Positions 40,507 through 54,513 of a stretch of 64,000 bases of DNA are shown in pieces (position 1 is the first letter of the stretch; every line of letters starts with the position of its first letter). The stretch spans positions 27,714,001 to 27,778,000 of the forward strand of contig OX597830.1 of the NCBI GenBank assembly GCA_951406725.2. Reading direction: 5' to 3'. The stretch is from Octopus vulgaris. Lineage: Eukaryota. The position numbers and the translations under genes were made by a program. The notes below the pieces were generated by a model. That model saw only the letters and a list, made by a program, of their open reading frames with translations. It was not told where the DNA came from and searched no databases.

Positions 40507-41297
40507 TGTCTCATAAACTTACTTCCTGATCTTATGTCGTCTCTTAAAATTCTAAGCCTATTTATTTCATTCCTTACTTTTTGTCTTTCATCTCTTTCGT
40601 TTCCAATCTTCCTTTTCTTTTATCGCCTCTCTTATTTTATCTCTTTAATTTCCATTCTTATTTCATGTTGCTAATTCTCGTTCTTCATTCATCTCTTTTA
40701 TTCCAAATCTTCATTTATCTTTTTGAATCCCAATATTCTTTCAGATCTTATATATCCACTCCATTTTTCACCTAATTGTTTTTCGACCTTCTTTCAACTC
40801 TTTCATTCATTCGCATATTTCATATATTTTCACTCATTTCTTTTACTTACACTCTTTAATTATTTATTTCTTCACCCCTATTCATCCATCTTTTTTATTC
40901 TCTATCTTTCATTACTTTTATTCCCAATATTTCGTCCGGTTCATTCTCACTTTATATCCTTCACTTGCCTATTTTCTTCTCCCTCATCACCCCGTCCCAT
41001 TTATTTCATTTTCATCGTTCCCCCACTCACCTCTTTCATCATCACTTTCATTAGTTCGTTCATTCCTACTCTTTCTATTCTAATTCTTCTTTCATCTATT
41101 TCCTTCCTAGGTTTCATTTTTATTCCCAGTATTCGTTCACCACTTTCATTTCCATTCTCCCCACCCCTTTGCAAACTCATTCATCGTTATTCTTATGCTA
41201 CGTCTATCATCGAACTTCTTTCGCTCTCCTCCGATTCTCAGCCTTTCCGTTTCATTTTCATTTATCTTTTAACTATTTCATTCCCACCACTGTTTAA

Positions 41298-41519
41298 TAC
41301 TCTTTTACTCTTTTACTCTTTTACTTGTTTCAGTCATTTGACTGCGGCCATTCTGGAGCACCGCCTTTAGCCGATCAAATCGACCCCGAGACTTATTCTT
41401 TGTAAGCCCAGTACTTATTCTATCGGTCTCTTTTGCCGAACCGCTAAGTGACGGGGACATAAACACACCAGTATCGGTTGTCAAGTAGTGCTAGGGGGAC
41501 AAACCCACCCATACACACC

Positions 41520-41589
<70 letters not shown>

Positions 41590-41739
41590 TACGACATGCT
41601 TCTTTCAGTTTCCGTCTACCAAATCCACCCACAAGGCATTGGTCGGCCCGGGGCTATAGCAGAAGACACTTGCCCAAGATGCCACGCAGTGGGACTGAAC
41701 CCGGAACCATGTGGTTGGTTAGCAAGCTACTTACCACAC
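41298..41739 (-). mobile_element. SINE family A
   Basis: Reverse-complement match to 2243-2671. Confidence 0.9.
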
Positions 41740-41974
41740 TGTCAATTAATTAATTTACTCCCTACGTCAATTATCCTTCTATCCTTCTCTACATCTACAT
41801 TTAATTGTATTTCCATCATTCTTGGTACATTTTCTTCATATTTTCTCCATTAATCTAACCCTTTACCTTACAAGCATCATACCTCCTTCTTTTCATTCAC
41901 CCATAATTTTTCACTTCATCTTTTTTCTTTTTCGTTTCCCTCTCCCTTTCTTTTTAACGTTCAGCCATTCCTTT

Positions 41975-42540
41975 ATTCTGTTATTCTTTTACTTCTTTAC
42001 GTAAATTTTTCTCTCTCTATTTTCTTTCTCTGCATTCTCTTATTCTGTTATTCACTTACGTTTCTTTGCGTAAATTTTTCTCTCTCTATTTTCTTTCTCT
42101 GCATTCTCTTATTCTGTTATTCACTTACGTTTCTTTACGTAAATTTTTCTCTCTCTATTTTCTTTCTCTGCATTCTCTTATTCTGTTATTCACTTACGTT
42201 TCTTTACGTAAATTTTTCTCTCTCTATTTTCTTTCTCTGCATTCTCTTATTCTGTTATTCACTTACGTTTCTTTACGTAAATTTTTCTCTCTCTATTTTC
42301 TTTCTCTGCATTCAAATATTCTGTTATTCACTTACGTTTCTTTACGTAAATTTTTCGCTCTCTATTTTCTTTCTCTGCATTCTCTTATTCTGTTATTCAT
42401 TTACTTCTTCTTTACGTAAATTTTTCTCTCTCTATTTTCTTTCTCTGCATTCTCTTATTCTGTTATTCATTTACTTCTTCTTTACGTAAATTTTTCGCTC
42501 TCTATTTTCTTTCTCTGCATTCTCTTATTCTGTTATTCTC
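41975..42540. repeat. 69-bp minisatellite, about 8 units
   Basis: cgtaaattttt recurs at 42000, 42069, 42138, 42207, 42276, 42345, then two slightly longer variant units. Confidence 0.95.
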
Positions 42541-42654
42541 TATCTTCTCTTATTTCCAAATTTATTTCCTCTATTCGTATAAGGCTTTTGCTGCCTTAAA
42601 TACTTATATCAATATTTTTTCTTTCTCTATTATCCCTATTTTTGTTTGTTTGTT

Positions 42655-42715
42655 TCTTTCTTTCTTATCCCCACTGTTCCTTCCTTCCTTCCTTCCTTCC
42701 TTCCTTCCTTCCTTC

Positions 42716-42754
<39 letters not shown>

Positions 42755-42876
42755 ATCTCCACTCTTTCTATCTTTCTTTCTTTCTTCTTTCCTTATCCCC
42801 ACTCTATCTTTTTTTCTTTCTCTATTGTCTCCACTCTGCATCTTTCTTTCTGTCTTCCTTCCTTTCTTTCTTTCCT

Positions 42877-42920
<44 letters not shown>

Positions 42921-43329
42921 GTTTTCTTCCTTCCTTCCTGCATCTTTCTTTCTGTCTTCCTTCCTTTCTTTCTTCTCTTCTCTCCATTCCTTCCTTCCTT
43001 CATTTCTTTATTTCTTTCATTCTTTCATTCTTTCATTTCTTCCTCTCATTCCTTCTTTTATTTTCTTCCTTCCTTCCTTACTTTGATCCTTCATTCATTT
43101 ATTTTTGTTTCATTCTCAATTTCCTTCAATCTTTTTTTACTACGTTCTCTCTCTCTAATTTAGCCGTATATATCGTCCCATTCTTTTTTACTCCCTATAT
43201 TTCATTCTTTTTCTCTCTCTTCTTTTCTTTTCTCACATCTGGCACTTGCAATTTGAATGAATATTTTTCATTCCTTTTTTCTTATTTATCTTATATTTTC
43301 TGACTTAATTTGATCGTTTCACTCTTTCT

Positions 43330-43373
<44 letters not shown>

Positions 43374-43500
43374 ATTTTTCTTGCTTTTCTTTCTTTCCTT
43401 CTTCCCTTCATTCCTTCCTTCATCCATTCATCCCTCCTTGCATTTTCTTCACTCCTCCCCTTACTCCTATTCTTTTATTTACTTCCTCTCCTTCACCATT
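42655..43500. repeat. (CTTT)n/(CTTC)n polypyrimidine low-complexity block
   Basis: Direct reading. Confidence 0.9.
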
Positions 43501-43550
43501 CTTTATCTTTCCATTGCTCTCTAAAAATCTCTCGCCATGTTAATATATTT

Positions 43551-43623
<73 letters not shown>

Positions 43624-43907
43624 TTCTATTCTTCTGCTTCACCCAGGAAACACAAGAGCCAGAAAATAATTAAATATATAGAAGTGTTATAGACGGCTGG
43701 ATAGATGGTTGGTTGGATCGATGGAAGAAAGGAAAGGACAATATGATGTGTTCTTTGGTAGGAGGGGTGGGGACAATGCCGGTACATATCGTGACCACAC
43801 GGAGTATGTATATATATATATATATATATATACGTATGAATATATATGTATATTTAATGTGTGTCTATGTGTCTATATATATATATATATATACATAATA
43901 TATATAC

Positions 43908-44018
<111 letters not shown>

Positions 44019-44542
44019 GTATATATATGTACGATGTATGTAAGGCTGCATGTTAGCGTGTATGTGTGGGTGTACGCGACCATTCAAGATTCTTACCGTT
44101 TGTCTGCGTGCGCGTACACACACATATACACACACACGCGCGCGCGCGCACACACACATATATATTGCAGTGTGAGTGTGGTTATCAATGTGTCCATTTG
44201 TTTTATATATTTTTTTTGGTATATCTTATTTTATTTTCCTCTTTTCTTTCTAATTGGAGTTTTGCAGGCAACAACGGAATGCGGCAGGGGTTCAACTGGA
44301 ATGGTTATATATATATATATATATGTATATACGTATATGTATATCTGCATGTGCGTGCGTATACACGCACACACTCACGCGCGCACACACATATACACAT
44401 ACACTACAGATATATATGTATATATATATATATGCAGCTATGTGAACATATAATTTCATATACATGTATGTATGTGCATATACATGAGTACACACGCACT
44501 CGCACACACACATACATCCGTATATATGTGTGTGTGCGTATG

Positions 44543-44596
<54 letters not shown>

Positions 44597-44683
44597 TATA
44601 TACATATACATATAAATATACTTATATATACATATACATATATATATATATATTCATACAGACATGCATACATACATACATAC

Positions 44684-44762
<79 letters not shown>

Positions 44763-45695
44763 GCATTCATATATACATATATTGGAAGAATGAATAAACG
44801 CAAAATAAGGAAGTAAGAAATAGAGATAGAGTAGAAGGCAACAATAAATGGACAAAGAAGGAGAAGAATGAAGAAAATGGAAGCAAGAAACACTAAACGA
44901 AACAAAGACAAGACACAAAAACAAAAACAAGAAGAAAAAAACAACATAAAAGAAGAAAACAAGGTTTGCCATTAGTGTCAAGGATTCTGGAGGTGTTTCT
45001 CTGGAGGTAGAGATCAGATCAATGCCAACCATTATTCAAGAAGGTTACCCCCCACCCATTCGATATATCTTTTTTTTTTTTTATTTTTCCCCTCGTATTT
45101 TCAGTCCCTTTCTCTCAGTCTAATTATATATGAATCTATCAACGTATCTTACTGTATGCCCGTCCATCTCTCTCTGTCTATGCACCTTTTCATCCATTCA
45201 TATGTCCCTCCACCTTTCTACTTAGCATCACATAATGACAACCTCCAACACACATGGTTGTGTACACACATACATACATATATATATATATATACATACA
45301 CACTTCTATGCATATAAATATATGTGAGTGTATGTCTTTGTGTATCTGTGTTATATGAATATGCATGTATATGCGTTTGAGTACATGTATGTTTGATGTA
45401 ACGTATATGCATCTATCTCTATATCTAGTTGTCTAGTCATACGTCCATGTATTTTCCTTGTATCCGTCCAGCCATCCAGCAAGCTAGTTATCCGTCCATC
45501 CATCCATCCATCCATCCATCCAAATTCCATCCATACATACATTCATCCCACTATACTTATCCATCTATCCACTTACAAATGATTCTCTTCATGTTTGTCT
45601 CTCTCTCCACCTCTCTCGCTCTCTCTATCGCTTCCTGTCTCTGTCTATCTGTTGAACTACTAATCAAACTTTCTATATATCTAAATGGCTGTCTT

Positions 45696-45853
<158 letters not shown>

Positions 45854-46540
45854 TCTCTACCTACATATATCTACACATCTTTCTACCTATACATCACTCC
45901 ATGTTTCAATATATCACTCTCTCTATCTGTCATACATGCATCCATCCGTCTATCTGTCCGTCGGCCCGTCTGTCCGTCTGTCTGACCATCTCTCCGTCCG
46001 TCCGTCCGTCTGTCCGTCTTTCTATCTATCTATGTCTGTCTGTCTCTCTGGCTGTCTTCCTCTATCCCTCTCCTCCATCTTTCTCTCGCTGTTCCTCTCC
46101 TTCTCTTTATGTATGTATCTATCTATCCATCTATCAATCTGTCGTTCTTTCTAACTGTCTGTCTGACTACCTGCTTGCCTGTCTGTCTGTTCATCCGTTC
46201 GTCTGTCTGTCTGTCTACCTATCCGTCCATCAATCACTCTATTCATCTTCATTTGGGCACCTTATCTAAATTCTTAAATTAGTGTTCATGAGAAGAGAGC
46301 ACAGAAGTAGATAGTCGACATGAAAAGAAAGTAAAAAAAAAAAAGAGATGGTAGATATTTTATTGGTTTTTCACTGTTTCCCATGTAGTAGTAACAATAG
46401 AGGAATAGGAAGAGAACGGGGTGGAGGGAGAGGAGAAGGAAACAGCGTTTTGGAGGATTAGCAATAGTTTTAATAAGTACCAGCGGAGAGGAATCGTCAT
46501 CATCACGATCCTTCTCCTCCTCTTCATCCCCGTCATCTTT

Positions 46541-46574
<34 letters not shown>

Positions 46575-46631
46575 CAATCTTCCTCCTTCTCCTCCTCCTT
46601 ATCATCATCGTCGTCATCGTCGTTGTAACCG

Positions 46632-46685
<54 letters not shown>

Positions 46686-47009
46686 CCGCGTCACCTCTTC
46701 ACCACCACTACTGGCACCACCATTATAATCACCAATATCACACCCACTACGGTCAGCATCTCCCCTTTCACTCATCATGATCATCGTAATTACTAAGACA
46801 CACAAGCAACAGTAGTACATAAGGCAACGGTATTAGACCATCGTATCGACTGAGTTACATTCTGCTATATTCAACGTTACCTAACTTCCATCCAAGATCA
46901 ATAACTATAGTTAATATACTTGTGTTGCTTTGATCAATGCTATCCCTTCACTCTTCTTCAGTTCTTGGCCGTTTTCTTAAGTAGGAGCACCAGTAGCAAG
47001 ACTACTGCT

Positions 47010-47075
47010 AGTAGTAGTAGTAGTAGTAGTAATAATAATAATAATAATAATGATAATAATAATAATAATAATAAT

Positions 47076-47143
<68 letters not shown>

Positions 47144-47153
47144 TAATAATAAT

Positions 47154-47249
<96 letters not shown>

Positions 47250-47330
47250 CATGATGATAATGATAATGATAATTATAAAAATTATAATAATAGTCATAAT
47301 TATTGTTATTATTATCATCATTATTATTAT
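47010..47330. repeat. (TAG)n/(AAT)n microsatellite
   Basis: Direct reading. Confidence 0.95.
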
Positions 47331-47331
47331 T

Positions 47332-47730
47332 GGTGAGCTGGCAAAATAGCTAGCGTGTCGAGCGAAATGCTTAGCGGTATTTCGTCTGCCGTTACGTTCT
47401 GGGTTCAAATTCCGCAGAGGTCGACTTTGCCTTTCATCCTTTCGGAGTAGATAAATTAAATACCAGTTACGCACTGGGTTCGATGCAATCGAGTTAAGCC
47501 ATTTGTCTGCCCTTGTTTGTCCCCTCTGTGTCTAGCCCTTTGTGGGTAGTAAAGATATAGGTATTTCGGCCGTCTTCATGTTCTGAGTTCAGATTCTACC
47601 GAGGTCGAGTTTACCTTTCATTCTTTTGGTGTGAATGAATGAAGTACCGATGAAACACTGAAATCAACATAATCGATTTATCCCCTCCCCAAAATGGCTT
47701 CCCTTGTGTCAAAATTTGAAACCATTACTA
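47332..47730 (+). mobile_element. SINE family B, dimeric, with (ATT)n tail
   Basis: Matches 17031-17400 inverted; two B-box units. Confidence 0.85.
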
Positions 47731-47801
<71 letters not shown>

Positions 47802-47838
47802 AATAATGATAATAATAATAATAATATCATTATTATTA

Positions 47839-48156
47839 GACAAGACCAACAGCGCGATGCGACTGCACTAGATATCTTATTGGTTGAACGACATTTCGAC
47901 AGCAATCTTGTCTTTGTCGAGTTCAAAATAAAAATGGATAAAAATACAAAATTATAGAAATTCAAATCTAAAGTATGAACGAGAGTAACCAGCGTCCACA
48001 CGTTGATAGAATGACACCAGATTTAGATCTGAATTTATATAATGTTGCATTTTTATCACTTTTTATTTTGAACTCCACAAAGACATGCTCGTTGGCGAAA
48101 TAGCGTTCAACCGATAAAATATCGCAATCGCATCGCATCGCGCTCTTTGTCGTGTC
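47839..48156. mobile_element. MITE-like fold-back element
   Basis: ~130-bp imperfect inverted arms (agcgcgatgcga...ggttgaacg...gagttcaaaataaaaa / tttttattttgaactc...cgttcaacc...tcgcatcgcgct), ~50-bp spacer. Confidence 0.7.
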
Positions 48157-48196
48157 CGTTTACCTTTGTGAAAAGTTACGTCAATCCTTTTAAAAT

Positions 48197-48237
<41 letters not shown>

Positions 48238-48246
48238 TATTATTAT

Positions 48247-48700
48247 AGAGAGAGCAGAGCATGCCATCAAAGTGACACTGGTGTACAAATATACGAAGCC
48301 CAATATACCCATCATGAATACCCATATATAAGGGCACATGCATTACAACCATGTGGGAACAACATGGTGGTTTCATATCAACATGAATAGCGCATGACCT
48401 TGCAGGTGGGGCCCAGTAAGAATTTTCTTCAGATCGAGTAGCCCACCTCGCTCAAAAGGTCCCTCAATTAGGTTTGTTGAAGGATGTTGAACGAAGCACC
48501 AATGTTTCCAGAGGCGAATTATTCAAATCCCAAAGAATTCCTCTCAACCCGTGGCTATGATACTCCCCTCTACTTCTGCTCGTGGTCAGAGATGTACACA
48601 TCGTCAGCCACTAAGGGGCATGCTCAACTGGTTACGGTCAGACAACTGATAAGCGTTAATTAAGATCAAAAGCCATGAAAAGTCACTGCCTGGTACTGCA
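48247..48700 (-). mobile_element. Repeat family E, longer copy (retroelement 3' region; orientation inferred)
   Basis: First ~65 bp shared with 23200-23268; follows (ATC)n(ATT)n. Confidence 0.55.
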
Positions 48701-48711
48701 TTATTATCATT

Positions 48712-48920
48712 GGTGAGCTGGTCAAATCGATAGCACGTCAGACAAAACGCTCACCAGCATGTGGTCCAGCTCTACTTTCTGAGTTCTAATCCAGTCGAGG
48801 TCGATTTTGCCTTTCAGCCTTTCGGGGTCGATTAAGTGCCAGTTGAGTACTTGGGTCGATGTGATCGACTAATCCTCTCCCCACAAAATCCAGGCGTTGA
48901 GCCTATGACAGAAAGGATTC
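48712..48920 (+). mobile_element. SINE family B monomer with (TTC)n tail
   Basis: ggtgagctgg...gagttctaatcc...gcctttcagcctttcggggtcga. Confidence 0.75.
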
Positions 48921-49256
48921 TTCTTCTTCTTCTTCTTCTTCTTGATATTCTTAATAACGATGATGATGGCAATGATACTGATGATGATGATAATGAGGAG
49001 GATTTTCCAATTGAGTCACGGGGCCACCATGTTGAATGGAGAAAGGGTAATCCAGAGCGTCGTCCCCAGCACGCGATGCTCGATTGCTTAATGACTTTTA
49101 TAGACCTTGGAGTGATGAAAATTGAATAAGCAAGAATTTGTCCACTGTAAGTTCTATTTATGTCAACTCTATTTCTATTATTGTTTATTTTGTGGATATC
49201 AGCCATGTAAGGATTGCCACCATTATTGTTGTAGGGTGATTTTCTATACATGGAAG

Positions 49257-49303
<47 letters not shown>

Positions 49304-49324
49304 TATGTATATATATACATACGT

Positions 49325-50201
49325 ATGTTTAAGCACTGAACTGCTTTTTCCTTAATTCTTCATATCTTTACCCCACAATTAGACTCTACTAGTACACATT
49401 GGTCATTTATTTACCTCTTAACTCCCCATTCCTCTATCTTTTACACTATAATACCTTTCTCTCTATATCCCCACTCCTACTTTCAAATTATCTCCACTGA
49501 CCACTGACTGATCTATATCTTAATTTTTCTTTTTTCTTTTTTATTTATTCCCTTTATTCCTACCCTCAGGGGTTTTATTCTTTATTTTTTTAATTTTTTT
49601 TTATTATTTTGTTATTTTTACTAATTTTCTCTCTCCTTTCTCTTACATTTTTTCTTTCTCCCCTCTTTTTTCTCTTCCTTTTTTTCTTCTCTTTTTTCAT
49701 TCCTCTCTTCTTGTTTTCTATTTAACCATACTAATACACTCCCTATTTCTAGGTCATTTTAAATACAAATCTCTGACTCTGCGACACTGTATATAAATTC
49801 CCTACTGGGAAGGACGAAGTTTAAACATCTGTTGGATCTCACTCATGAGGGAATCTTACATTGCTTATAAACTCTATATTTGGAAGGACTCATATTAAAC
49901 TCTGTTGGACTATTGGATTTTACTCAAAGAATATTGGAATATTGCATATATACCATTATGCCTATAAAACGGATTTACAACTTCAATACCCATACATATC
50001 TTGCATCTATTTTCTTTCCTCTACCTCACTCTCTATTTTGTATCACATCTAAACTAACTATGACTTAATTTTCCTCTCACATCGTCTCCGATGAAGGGAT
50101 ATTATTTATTAATATCTTAGAAACAGCTGTAAGACCTTCTATCTATAAATGCTCTAATATCTATACAGCCTCGGTTTTTTGTCTTATTACGCAAAAATTC
50201 T
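49325..50201 (+). mobile_element. Probable Penelope-like 3' region ending in a hammerhead
   Basis: Bounded by (TA)n; HHR about 70 nt from the 3' end; left boundary uncertain. Confidence 0.5.
50084..50135 (+). ncRNA. Type I hammerhead-like motif
   Basis: gtct-CCGATGA-a-gggatatt(atttatt)aatatctt-a-GAAA-cagctg-TA-agac; palindromic stem III, GUA site. Confidence 0.65.
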
Positions 50202-50214
50202 TATATATATATAT

Positions 50215-50494
50215 TTATAATTTAGGGTATCTAAGACATACCACCACGCTGGAAATAGCAGCCAAAACTTGACTCTAAAATCACATTAAATGTTAATACA
50301 GTACCAGGAGAGAAGACAGAGAGACAAAATAAACTAGCAAAAATTACTGGATAATTCCAGATCCCGCCATTACCAGTTTATTTTGCCACTTTGTCTTCTT
50401 CCTGGTCTTGTATGAATATTTAATGTGGTTTTAGAGTCAAGTTTTGGCTGACATTTCCAGCCGTGTGGTATCTCTCAGATACTCTAAATTATAA
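50215..50494. repeat. Imperfect ~280-bp inverted repeat (fold-back/MITE-like)
   Basis: cagccaaaacttgactctaaaatcacattaaat / atttaatgtggttttagagtcaagttttggctg; ends ttataatttag / ctaaattataa. Confidence 0.8.
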
Positions 50495-50596
50495 TTTTAA
50501 TAATAATTACATTTGAATGTTTTTATTCCCATCCTGGCCACCTGATAAGATCGGTATTTAAACAACGATATTATCGTTATATATATATAAATATTT

Positions 50597-50642
<46 letters not shown>

Positions 50643-50797
50643 GCAAGTAAACGCATAAATGCTTATGACGGTGGAATATAGTACTCGAATGTAAAAATGT
50701 AGAGCAATATGCTTACTCACAATTTCCCGTTACCATTGGTTGGAGAGTTTATGAAGATTGTTTCGCCTTTAATAAAATATATATATACATACATACG

Positions 50798-50875
<78 letters not shown>

Positions 50876-51817
50876 CATACATAGACGGATAGATTGATAG
50901 ATAAATAGATATGTAGTTAGATAGATAGATGGACAGATACAAAGTGTAATTAACGAATGACGCCGCTGCATGTGTTTCAATGTATATACTTGTGCAATCA
51001 TTATCTTACAACCAATGAGGAAAACGTATTTGGGATGTTTCCATCCCATAATTTAGCAGTGCAACAAACATATATGATAGTTAAATACCATATTTAAAAG
51101 TAAATACTGGGAACGATACGAGCGTCTGAAACCTTTCGAAGTCACGCTCCAACAAGAACACACACACACGAAAAAAAAAAAGAAAATTCATTTTTATCAC
51201 AAGATCTAGTAGCTGTCTCAGACAGTTCGTATCAAAAGAGTTAATGCACAAACTCTCCCTGTTATAAAGTACAATTTTATATATATATATATCATTGCAA
51301 TGTAAATGAAAAATAGCTAGAAAAATCGGCGAAGTACTACTTTCTATTTAAACGATTTTATCGCTCAAAATCAGGGCTCATGTGGCAAGATTGCTAATTA
51401 TTATTAATCTGTCATACGCGTAGTTTTCCGTATTCTCCACCTCAATGTTCTGCGTGTTGTAGCCCGTTTCACGTACTGATAAATATTTTTATAGGTTTTT
51501 CTACTTAAATCTCTAATTAAATTGTCACACGTAATTTTGTACTTTACGATTTAAGTAATATATTACTTGTTTGGATGGTTTTGGTATATTTGTCTTAGAT
51601 TTTAGACCCCAATTGAAATTGGACGTCCTTTCTGAATCCGAGTAAGATATCTAGATAGTTTATGCTTTCGTTAAAATTTACATCTTTCATATACAGGATG
51701 CAATCGTTTAGAGTATACCTGAATTTAGAAGAGCGAAGAGTTTAGCTCAGCGGACATTTAAATGTACATACAATCACAAACACACACATATGGCTGTGTA
51801 TGAATTGTGATATTTCG

Positions 51818-51961
<144 letters not shown>

Positions 51962-52089
51962 AATTTTGTTAGCCAGCATTCGCAGGAGTGGTGAGTAAGG
52001 TAACCTGGATTCCCGGATCTACTTTCATTTTATAATTTTATATATATATATATATAGATATATGTACACATGTGTGGGTGTGTAAGTGT

Positions 52090-52122
<33 letters not shown>

Positions 52123-52125
<3 letters not shown>

Positions 52126-53181
52126 ATAAATAAAATATATGCATCCGTACAAACATATATGTACGTACCTACATCTACATGTATATATACATGCATATAT
52201 AAATATATATACGTGAGTACAGGACACCACAACTAGACTTAGAACTCAACAAGAAACGAAAACGGAAAAACCATTTTTTTACAACAGAAAAACAGAGTAC
52301 AGGACATAATACACAAGGAAAAATCCCCTTCATCAGCTGTCACTAGTTCGACTCCAGCGTGTTTCGAAGGCAAGACAGAACACGACTCGCCAAACTAATC
52401 CTTCCTGCGAGAGAATTAAAATAAAATTATCTCGCAGAGGGGTAAAAACAACAAGAAAAAATGTAACACAAACAGGACGTAAAAACGATACAAATAAAAC
52501 TACAAAATAAGATACAAGATAAAAATACATGTACAAAAAAATACAATACGAGAAATAAAAAGAAAATACAATACGAGAAATAAAAATAAACAAGAAAACA
52601 AACAAGAAAACAAACGAAAAGGCCTTTTTCTGGCTGAGACGGAGGAGATTCTAGCAGCGCATGGGAACACAAATGTGTGTCTTTACAGTTTGAAGGCCGC
52701 GTGTAAAAGGAAGTAGTTTTGGCTAGCAGTGACAGAGATGAGGAGGCGTGAGAGAGAGAGACAAGCGGCTGAGAGAGAGAGATGTGGAAGAGTGAGAGAG
52801 AGAGAGAGAGAAGGGAAGGTAAAGCAAAGAGATGAAGCATTTCGCGTCATAATTATATATAAAACAGTACTGGGAGAATAAGAACGGAACGAAGCGAACG
52901 AATCGAATCGAATCCGACGCGAGGGCGCTGTCAAACAATAGTGTAATAAAAAAAATATATGCATAAATACAAACATATATGTACGTATCTACATCTACAT
53001 GTATATATACATGCACATATAAATATATATACGTGAGTACAGGACACCACAACTAGACGTAGAACTCAACGAGAAACGAAAACGGAAGAACCATTTTTTT
53101 ACAATAGAAAAACAGAGTACAGGACATACTACACAAGGAAAAATCCCCTTCATCAGCTGTCACTAGTTCGACTCCAGCGTG
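52123..53181 (-). mobile_element. Family P element as a partial tandem (239-bp direct repeats, 820-bp period)
   Basis: 52123-52361 recurs at 52943-53181; non-coding; (TA)n on both sides. Confidence 0.8.
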
Positions 53182-53265
53182 ATATATATATATATATGTA
53201 CCAAGAAAATCCTGTGTCACTGTTCGCTCCGCGTATATATATATATATAATATGTGTGTGCATAA

Positions 53266-53319
<54 letters not shown>

Positions 53320-53327
53320 TTTATTAT

Positions 53328-53541
53328 AGCAGCAGAAAATTCTACAAAACCTGTTACTCTGAGTTTCGCGTTGCCGTTCATCGGACAGTTTTTGCTAGAA
53401 CTGTCCGATGAACGGCAACGCGAAACTCAGAGTAACAAGTTTTGTAGAATTTTCTGCTGCTTTAAATAAAGCATATTACTCTACCACTGGTATTTGAGTA
53501 CTCTTTTTTCCCACCTTGTTTCACATTTATGTGTTTACTCC

Positions 53542-53544
<3 letters not shown>
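53328..53544 (+). mobile_element. Penelope-like end with 5' inverted duplication containing a hammerhead
   Basis: 63-bp arms 53328-53390 / 53399-53461 (one mismatch), 8-nt spacer, then a unique tail; flanked by (TA)n. Confidence 0.75.
53399..53441 (+). ncRNA. Type I hammerhead-like motif (mirrored on the minus strand at 53348-53390)
   Basis: aactgt-CCGATGA-acg(gcaa)cgc-GAAA-ctc(a)gag-TA-acaagtt. Confidence 0.6.
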
Positions 53545-53620
<76 letters not shown>

Positions 53621-53956
53621 TGTAGATATATTGAAATTGATGGAATAGAGAAGGTAAAATTCAGGGTACATATGTTTCCTACTTATAATAGTGAGGGGAT
53701 ACTCCACTAGCTATTCATCAGGCTAAGATTCCTTACTTAAATTAATGTTACATTGATGTGGAGGGATCCCAATTTAACTCGCAGGAGATTCGACAGAACA
53801 TAAGTGGAAATCATGGTGTGAGAGAACAAAAAAGAAAAGAAACAACAAATGAAAACCCGATTATCTTATGAACTTCGTTAGTTTACTGCTGTTACCACTA
53901 CAAGATGTGATGGACTCAGAGTCCAATGTTTAAGTAAAATATATATATGCGAATGA

Positions 53957-54047
53957 CACCTTGGGCCAATGTCTTCTACTATAGCATCGAGCCGACCAAA
54001 GCCTTGTGAGTAGATTTGGTAGACTGAAACTGAAAAAAGCCTGTCGT
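53957..54047 (+). mobile_element. SINE family A 5' part, interrupted by the HHR element
   Basis: caccttgggc...gatttggtagac...gcctgtcgt. Confidence 0.8.
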
Positions 54048-54155
54048 ATTTATTATTGTTTTCGAACGGATTTTCTACGCCAGTGACTCTGGTTACTGTG
54101 AAAATCTATATATCCAGCCTGTAGAGGAAGTCCCTCAACGAAGAGCGGTGCTTAC

Positions 54156-54198
54156 CATACGTTGACAAGAGGCAATAACCTCGAAACCGGTCCGTATG
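54156..54198 (+). ncRNA. Type I hammerhead ribozyme, U3-A8 core variant, copy 1
   Basis: catacg-TTGACAA-gagg(caataa)cctc-GAAA-ccgg-TC-cgtatg; predicted cleavage after C54192 (GUC). Confidence 0.8.
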
Positions 54199-54513
54199 CA
54201 GTAGCCGTATCTTCGGGGAGGCTGATCTCCCTTTGCAGGCTGGCAAGGACACCGAGATGGTGTCAGCTCTTCTGGTGAGGTTGATGTTCGCCTGGGGCTA
54301 AATGCATCAGTAACACCCCCACCACCCCGCCCTGACCCTAGCCACATTCAGATGGCTGATCCCCCTTATGTTATAGAGCAGTTACTGTTTATATCTCGCT
54401 CATAGATTTATTATTGTTTTCGAACGGATTTTCTACGCCAGTGACTCTGGTTACTGTGAAAATCTATATATCCAGCCTGTAGAGGAAGTCCCTCAACGAA
54501 GAGCGGTGCTTAC

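Noticed and set aside
41975-42540. Regular repeat resembling a CRISPR array or a 23-aa repeat protein
   Set aside because: Units are contiguous with no unique spacers; eukaryotic context with no cas genes
44970-45065. Coding-looking stretch VKDSGGVSLEVEIRSMPTIIQEGYPPP
   Set aside because: No pyrimidine tract, weak donors and no recognised homology
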